Shown here: positions 56,197 to 64,000 of the stretch, in pieces
Layout: each line of letters opens with the position of its first letter
How positions within the stretch are numbered: position 1 is the first letter of the stretch
Assembly: GCA_964016885.1 (NCBI GenBank)
Contig: OZ024741.1
Coordinates: 992,001 to 1,056,000, forward strand
Length of the DNA stretch: 64,000 nt
Reading direction: 5' to 3'
Source of the DNA: Eledone cirrhosa
Lineage: Eukaryota
Notes under the pieces: model-generated
Told to the model about the DNA's origin: nothing
Seen by the model: the letters and a program-made list of their open reading frames with translations, nothing else
Database searches by the model: none
Program-made: the position numbers and the translations under genes

Positions 56197-56233
<37 letters not shown>

Positions 56234-56234
<1 letters not shown>

Positions 56235-59025
56235 GCTGCGGATAGGAATAGGAAGGAAAGGGAGCTAATAGATAGAGTAGAAGAGGCAATTAGAAGCGGC
56301 GACGTGGCCAGAGTGCTAGCGTCGAGAACGGCTTTGAGCCAGTTTTTCGACGCAAAGCACGAAGGCTGCGTTGTCCGAAGTAAAATACGTGCTCTAGGGA
56401 ACGAGGGGACCAAAGCTGTTAGCTGGGCCCGCGTGACAGAGGCCAACAGTGGAACTAAATCCACCATCCGGTCTTTGCGAGACCTGGATGGACGGGCGAT
56501 TCTTGAGCCTAAGCAGATGTGTGAGGCCTTTCAAAGGCACTTTGCCCGACTGTTCGGGAGGGGCGGGGAGCCGGTTGGGAACGTGGACTTCGGTCCATAC
56601 CTCGACGGCCTGCCGCGCCTCTCGGACAGGGAGGCGAAGTCCTGCGAGGAGCCGATTTCGGCCGCTGAGATAGAGGACGTGCTGAGCCAATGCGGCAAAC
56701 GCAAATCCCCGGGTCTCGATGGTCTTCCTTACGAATTATATCTAGCTACGCCGGACTTGTTCCCCGATCTCCTCGAGGCGGTCTACTGCAACTGGCAACA
56801 GAACGGGAGAATTCCCTGTACTGTGACCAAGGGCGTAGTCACGCTAGTGAGGAAGGACGAGAACAAGGGGGACGAAATAAGTAACTTCAGGCCCATAACT
56901 CTGCTAAATACAGAGTTACAGATTTTGGCCAAGGTGCTAGCAAAGAGGTTGGCGCTTGTCGTGGGCAACCTGGTGGGAGATGCGCAGACATGCGCTATCC
57001 CGTCCAGGTCCATCCATGACAACCTCCACCTCATGCGATACATCATAGAGAGGGTTGGGAACGAACCCGGCTTTGGTGGGGCTCTGATCAACTTGGATCA
57101 ATCTAAGGCGTTCGATAGGGTCGACCATGGTTACCTGTATGCGGTGCTAGCGGCGGCAGGCTTCGGACCCGTTTTCAGGGGCTGGATCACTGCTATGCAC
57201 AGCAGCCGCATCTGCTCTAGGGTCAAGGTGAACGGCTACCTCTCGGAGCCGTTCAAAATCGCGCGGTCCATCCGACAAGGGTGCCCTCTCTCCTCCCTTC
57301 TGTATGTGTTGACTCTCGAGCCACTACTGCGGAAGTTGGAGTTGTTGCAGGGCATCCCTTTGGAACCGGGATTGCGGAAAGCGGTGTCGGCCTACGCCGA
57401 TGACGTGACAGTAATGGTGTCGACGGCCTCCGAAATCGAGGCGGTCGGCACCTTACTGGAGGAGTACGAAAAGTTCACAGGGGCTAAGCTGAACCGGTTT
57501 GCAACTCGGCACGTGGAGGGGCAGACCGATGCCCTCCGATGGCGTCGTCGGACGCTGGACGGAGGGCCCGGTGAAGTTGCTCGGGGTCTGGTTCGGACCG
57601 GACCTCCAGGTGGAGAAAAACTGGGCGGAGGTTACGAACAGGGTGTTTGCACTGACCCAGAAGTGGGCCAGTTGCAAACTATCCCTGAAAGGTCGGGCGG
57701 AGGTGGCGAACACTTATATAGCGTCCGTCATCTACTACCGCCTGACCGTAGTGCCCTGCCCAAGGGAAACCCTCACCAAGATGGAGCGCGCGCTCTTCCA
57801 ATTCCTTTGGAAGAGGCGGGCTCCTATGGTGAGGAGATCCATCTGCTGTCAACACCCTTCGAAAGGAGGGCTGGGGATGCCGTGGCTAATGATGCGTAAA
57901 CACGCATTAAGGCGACGGCACCTCTACGTATTCCTCACCGGACAACCGGTGTGGGCCTCGTTTGTGAGACGAACCTTTCCCAGACTCGTCTCACTCACCG
58001 AGCTGTAATCCTGGGTCAAGCAAAGACCGAGAAAACTGGGCGCCTGGCACACTGAGTGTGCCCAGGCGCTCACCGCCCTCTGGCAGGCGGATCCGGTTAT
58101 CAGTGGAGACTCCACCGCAACATTCTATAGAGGGCTGGTACGCAGCAGGTGCGACGACGCCCTCGGAGAAGCCCTAGACATGGAGGAGGACGAACTGGCC
58201 AGCCTGTTCGGTAGGACATTCAGCCCGGGACCTATGGACAACTTCCAGAAGTCCCTGGCCTGGCAGTGCTACCGAGGGGCTTTACCCGTTCGAGAAAGGC
58301 TCTACAGACACGGGCGCCCGGGTAGGGATCCCGCCAAAAAGATCTGTCCCAGATGCGTGTGCGACGAGGAAACCGTTGCACACGCATTGGTACACTGCTC
58401 GGGCGTAGCCGATCTGTGGGGCTATGTCGAACAACTGCTGTCAAGGGTGGGACCGATCCGGTTGACCACCGAGTCTATTGTAATGATCAAGCCGCCTCCC
58501 CCCTTCAAAGATGAAGCAGAGGCGGTGTTTCTGTGCGTAATAGCCATGGCGAAAGAGGTAGTATGGTGGACGCGTCTGAAAGGACTGAGGTCAGGCACCT
58601 TTCTCTCTGGCCAACAACTGGTCCGTTTCTTCCGATATCATTTCGGAAGAAGGATCAGGATGGAGAGAGAGGTGCTGCACCCCAGCCGTTTCTATGAAAG
58701 ATGGGTGAAAGTGGCGAGAATGGCCCGTGTGAATGGGCCTTCACTCTACATCAGACTATAGGTGAGGAAGATGAAAGACCAAGGGAGCACCCCTTCTCTG
58801 TGCTCCTGAGGAGAAGGGCTGCACACTTTTTTCGGGGGTGTGTGCGACCCCCCAAGGCGCCTCCTCTCTATTGAGGATTTTGTTAAAAATTTTATTTTTT
58901 GTTATATCTTATTTTATTTTTATATTTTGTTATTGCCTCCTCCTTATTGAGGACGCCTTTTTGTGTAAACTCCCCCCTTTGTACTTGTCCCACTTTTGAT
59001 GCCCTAGTGGCAAATAAAAGAAACA
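56234..59025 (+). mobile_element. Tx1-clade LINE (e), 5'-truncated, in (ATCT)n
   Basis: RT (LDQSKAFDRVDH, QGCPLS, AYADDVT), a frameshift near 57497, a stop at 58008 and C-terminal CPRC. AATAAA precedes (ATCT)n, which is also upstream. Confidence 0.92.
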
Positions 59026-59090
<65 letters not shown>

Positions 59091-59091
<1 letters not shown>

Positions 59092-59490
59092 CGATATCAT
59101 TTCGGAAGAAGGATCAGGATGGAGAGAGAGGTGCTGCACCCCAGCCGTTTCTATGAAAGATGGGTGAAAGTGGCGAGAATGGCCTGTGTGAATGGGCCTT
59201 CACTCTACATCAGACTATAGGTGAGGAAGATGAAAGACCAAGGGAGCACCCCTACTCTGTGCTCCTGAGGAGAAGGGTTGCACACTTTTTTCGGGGGTGT
59301 GTGCGACCCCCCAAGGCGCCTCCTCTCTATTGAGGATTTTGTTATAAATTTTATTTTTTGTTATATCTTATTTTATTTTTATATTTTGTTATTGCCTCCT
59401 CCTTATTGAGGACGCCTTTTTGTGTAAACTCCCCCCTTTGTACTTGTCCCACTTTTGATGCCCTAGTGGCAAATAAAAGAAACATATCTA
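59091..59490 (+). mobile_element. Tx1 3'-end duplicate (f)
   Basis: Near-identical to 58633-59029. Confidence 0.9.
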
Positions 59491-59499
59491 TAATAATCT

Positions 59500-62400
59500 A
59501 GCTGTCGTCTGTTCTACAGCGTAGACGTAATTCACTTCGCGCAGAAGTTTTGTTCAAATTTATTGCGGAAATTTTGTAAGTTCAATTTTAATTTTGATAC
59601 TATTGTGTAGTTAGACCCTCCGTCTGAACTGTCAGGCGGTGGGTCAGCTCATCTTCGCCCCTCCCAGGGGTGAAAAACCTGTTTTTTAAAATTTTGTGGC
59701 ATAAAATTTCAATCGTCTGGCAGAAATGTTAAACGAAGCTAACAAAAATAGTGGTGGGGGACAGCGGTAAGAGTTGTAAGCTCGCACGCTTTAGTCCCCC
59801 TTCCTTCCCAACTAACGTCATAGAGAAGGAAAGAAAAAATAAAATAAAAACAGACGAATGTGCGGAGAAAAATGACGAAAACACAAATCTGGAGATTATG
59901 TCCAACAACAAAAAAAATTTGAAAGAATTGCATGACAATATTAATACCACACACAAAGAAACAACAAACACAAAAATAACATTTGAAAACAACATCATAA
60001 CAGAAAGCAAAGCAGACGACAAAGTCAACACCAATAATATTTCATTTGCACAAACAACAAAGAAATCTTTAACATATATACCTGAAAATATTTCAGATGT
60101 GGCACAAATAATAAAAAACGCCAAACAATACATAACTCAAGGGGAAAATGGAATCTTATCGGTAAAAATGCCCCAAGAACTCACCAAAGATATTGAAAGT
60201 CGGACGGTCGTTTTCCGCACCATCAACAACATCTCAAAAAAACCTCAACAACCAACACAAGCAGAAATTAAAGCAGTACTTACAGAAGTACTTAATGAAG
60301 CCACTTTCATAAGAAGAGACAGGCTGTATGGAAGCCTAGCGATTATTATGAAGAACGAATCAGCGGCAAAAAAATATGCTTTGTCGCCGATTCGTTCGAC
60401 AAATTTTACCTTTTATCCCTCTTATATGGGTAAAAGAACTCAACGCATATGGCTGGATGCGATGATGCCAGATGTGGACTACTGCTGGCTCATAGCTGGC
60501 TTCATCGATCCAGCGAATGACAACGTGATTTCCATTGGGAAAACCACAGGCAATGCGTTCAGTGGAACAGGTATAGAACTTGTAGTGCAAATGAAGCCTG
60601 AACGTATTGCCTAAATACCCGACAGAATCATATTAGAGGGCCACGGGTATATAAACATTAGCGTGGAGGGGAGAAGGCCGTCCTGTCATATCTATGCAGG
60701 CAGAGGGCACCTGAAGGCGGCTTGTCCCCAACTCAACAAGAAGAAAACCCTGCTACCAACACCAGCTCTACCACCACAACAACAGATAAACAAACAACAA
60801 AACTCAGTCCCACCCAAATCGTCCCTCAGTAAAACTACACCACCACCACAACACAAACAGACACAACACATTACCCAAAAACAAAACACAGTCCCACCCA
60901 ACCCCTCACTCAATAAAACAACACAACCACCGCAGCCACAACACACAACACAGTCTAACATAGTGACTTCCATCTCCCCCACAAAGAAAACCAACAGGTA
61001 AACATTACCAGCAAACATACCTCTTCCCTCCAACACTGAAGATAACCCAACGAATTTGGAGGAAGAAACGGAGTCCTTCAGACAGATCAAAAGGAAAAAA
61101 AGAAAACATGTGCAAAACACAAAGGCCAAACAACCCCTACCCAAATGTCAACACAATCCAACAAAACACAAAACACCCCTCCAGCAACAAACAAAACCAA
61201 ACCTGCCCCTCCCCTCTTCGAAACACTCACACCATCCGAAAAAAAGACATTACACTATACTTACATCAACAGAAACAATAATAAATTAAATGAACTCATA
61301 AACAATAACCCTTCGGTACAAACCGAAGGGGTAAACTTTGTTTCTTCAGAAAACTACCCACATTTAAAATTAATAAAGATCCCAATGAACCTCTCAAAAA
61401 CTAAAAAAGGATTTTAAGGAGGACGTAGGACCACCCTCTGTCAAACCCATAAACCGCGTCCTCCTAAAAAGCTTTCCCCCTCCCCTTCCCCTCCCCAACA
61501 CAACTCCAAACACCCCAACCCCACCACACACTGACGACCCCACACCACCACAAGACACCCCTTCACACAACACCCCCGACCCCATGGAAGTCGTGCGACC
61601 CGAACCCCGGGAAGCAGAAAGGTAAGTCTCTACACTCTCCTTTGGCTTTGCCGCCCACATGGAAGTGTTAAGAGTAGGATGTTTGAATGCACGTGGCCTG
61701 GGCTCAACTTGGAAGCAAGCAAAGCTTTTAAATGACCTCAGGTCTCGTGGTATAAATGTAATGGTTATCTGTGAGACTCGGATCAGCGTCGTGCGGCAGC
61801 TGAACCCTACCTTCGATGACTTTGAGGTGCACGCATCTCTCTGTCAACCTGGAGGTGGGGGTGGGGTTGTCGTACTGCTGGAAAAACACCTGGGTCTCGC
61901 CGCACAGGTTGTTCACTCGGATCCGGAAGGTCGTTTGTTGGTGCTAGACGTTGGCAGTATTGGAGGTGCGACCTTGAGACTGGTCGCCGTCTACTCCCCT
62001 TTCGGAACTGAACGACCAGACTTCTTCCAGCGTCTGGAGACTTTTTTGGGAACGTCGCGTTCCCTGCTTCTAGCGGGGACTGGAATGACATCCTAGATGC
62101 ACGTTGGGACTATGCAGGAGCATGTCCTAATAGAGGGGGGGGGGGTGTAACAGCCTCAAGGTGTTACTCGACCGTTTTAACTTGGTCGATAGATATCGAC
62201 TAGATTTTCCAACTGTGCCAACCTGGACTTGGACGAACCATAGTGGTCACTCTAGATCGTACTTAGATAGATTCTTAGTTAGAAGTAAGGATAGGGACAT
62301 ATTAAGCTGTCCAGAAATGCTCACGGTTGGCTATACAGATCACAAATTAGTGACCTGCGTAGTCAACCTTGAGAGAACACATAGACAGGGTCCCGGTTAC

Positions 62401-64000
62401 TGGAAACTTAATTTGTCTTTACCGGCAAAAGAGGCTTACAGAGACCGAATTAGCAGATTAGTTAAGGAGAGGTTGACGGGTGCAATCGTCAACAACCGAT
62501 GGTGGGCATCTCTCAAAATAGAGATTAGAACAGAATCAATAAGTTATAGCAAGATGTTAGCTGTCGATAGGAATAGGAACGAGAAAGAATTAACAGGTAA
62601 ATTAGAAGAGGCAATCAAGAGCGAAGATGTGGCCAGAGTGCTGGCATCGAGGACGGCCTTGAACCAGTTTTTCGATGCAAAGCACGAAGGCTGCGTCATT
62701 CGAAGTAAAATACGTGCTCTAGGTAATGAGGGGGCCAAAGCCGTTGGCTGGGCCCGCGTGACAGAAGCTAAGAGTGGAAATCGATCCATCATCCGGTCTT
62801 TGCAAGACGAGGATGGGCGGGTGATCCGGGAGCCTAAGCAGATGTGCGAGGCCTTTCAAAGGCACTTTGCTCGATTGTTCGGGGGAGGCGGAGGTCCGGG
62901 CGGGGACATGGATTTCGGTCCATACCTCGACGGCCTGCCGCGTCTCTCGAGCGAAGAGGCGGAATCCTGCGAGGGACCAATCTCAGCTGATGAGATCGGG
63001 GATGCGCTGAGCCAATGCAGCAAACGCAAATCTCCAGGTCTTGATGGTATACCTTACGAACTTTATTTGGCAATGCCGGTCTTCTTCTCCGAACTCTTCG
63101 AAGCAGTCTACTGCAATTGGCAGCAGAACGGGAGAATTCCTTGTTCTGTAGCCAAGGGCGTAGTCTCGCTGGTGAGGAAGGACGAGAACAAGGGGGATAG
63201 TATAAATAATTTTCGGCCCATAACCCTGCTAAACACAGAGTTAAAGATTTTGGCCAAGGTGTTAGCAAAGAGGTTGGCGCTTGTCGTGGGTAGCCTGGTG
63301 GGAGATGCGCAGACATGTGCTATCCCATCCAGGTCCATTCACGACAACCTCCACCTCATGCGATACATCATAGAGAGGGTTGGCAACAAACCCGGCTTCG
63401 GTGGGGCCCTGATCAACTTGGATCAGTCTAAGGCGTTCGATAGGGTCGACCATGGTTACTTGCATGCGGTGCTAGCGGCGGCTGGCTTCGGCCCTGTTTT
63501 CAGAGGCTGGATCACTGCCTTACATAGCAACCACATCTGTTCTAGGATCAAGGTGAACGGCTACCTTTCGAAGCCGTTCGAAATCACACGATCCATTCGA
63601 CAGGGGTGCCCTCTCTCCTCCCTTCTGTACGTATTGACTCTCGAGCCTTTACTGAGGAAGTTGGAGTTGTTGCAGGGTATCCCCCTGGAACCAGGATTGA
63701 GCAAAGCGGTTTCGGCCTACACCGATGACGTAACAGTAATGGTATCGACCGACTCGGAGATCGAGGCGATCGGCACCTTACTGGAGGAATACGAAAGGTT
63801 GTCAGGAGCGAAACTGAACCGGGAAAAATCCATCGGGCTGCAACTCGGAACGTGGAGAGGCAGACCGATGTCTCCCGACGGTGTCGTCGGACACTGGACG
63901 GAGGGCCCGGTGAAGTTGCTTGGGGTCTGGTTTGGACCGGACCTCCAGGTGGAAAAGCCTGGGGCGAGGTTACGAGCAAGGTGTTTGCACTGACCCAGAA
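59500..64000 (+). mobile_element. Tx1-clade LINE (g) with 5' UTR, ORF1 and ORF2, running off the window
   Basis: ORF1 about 59726-61625 (stops; degenerate knuckle CHIYAGRGHLKAAC). ORF2 from ATG 61659 (GCLNARGL, ICETR, TDH, LDQSKAFD, AYTDD) with frameshifts. Confidence 0.92.

Overview
This is AT-rich, microsatellite-laden eukaryotic DNA with no recognisable host gene. It is probably cephalopod or octopus-like, an inference from the SINE and microsatellite landscape. It is almost entirely transposon-derived: one RTE-clade LINE with a triple C2H2 tail (0.7-4.2 kb), a decayed Rep/Hel Helitron (12.7-16.2 kb) plus non-autonomous Helitrons, tRNA-head SINEs, a pile-up of Tx1-clade LINEs and a Dong/R4-like element in an (AAT)n microsatellite (25.9-40.5 kb), and a second Tx1 group in (ATCT)n (56.2-64 kb). 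The most striking signal is not in the ORF track. More than 20 type-I hammerhead ribozyme (HHR) folds (stem I-CTGANGA-stem II-GAAA-stem III-NUH-stem I') occur across at least 10 unrelated short sequence families, mostly with palindromic stem III, often in fold-back (inverted) insertions bounded by (TA)n. Two of these families form non-coding tandem arrays (about 540-bp and 420-bp units, one HHR per unit) that look like non-LTR retrozymes or non-autonomous Penelope-like elements and could yield unit-length circular RNAs. All structures were read by eye. Element boundaries are approximate and no ribozyme activity is demonstrated.
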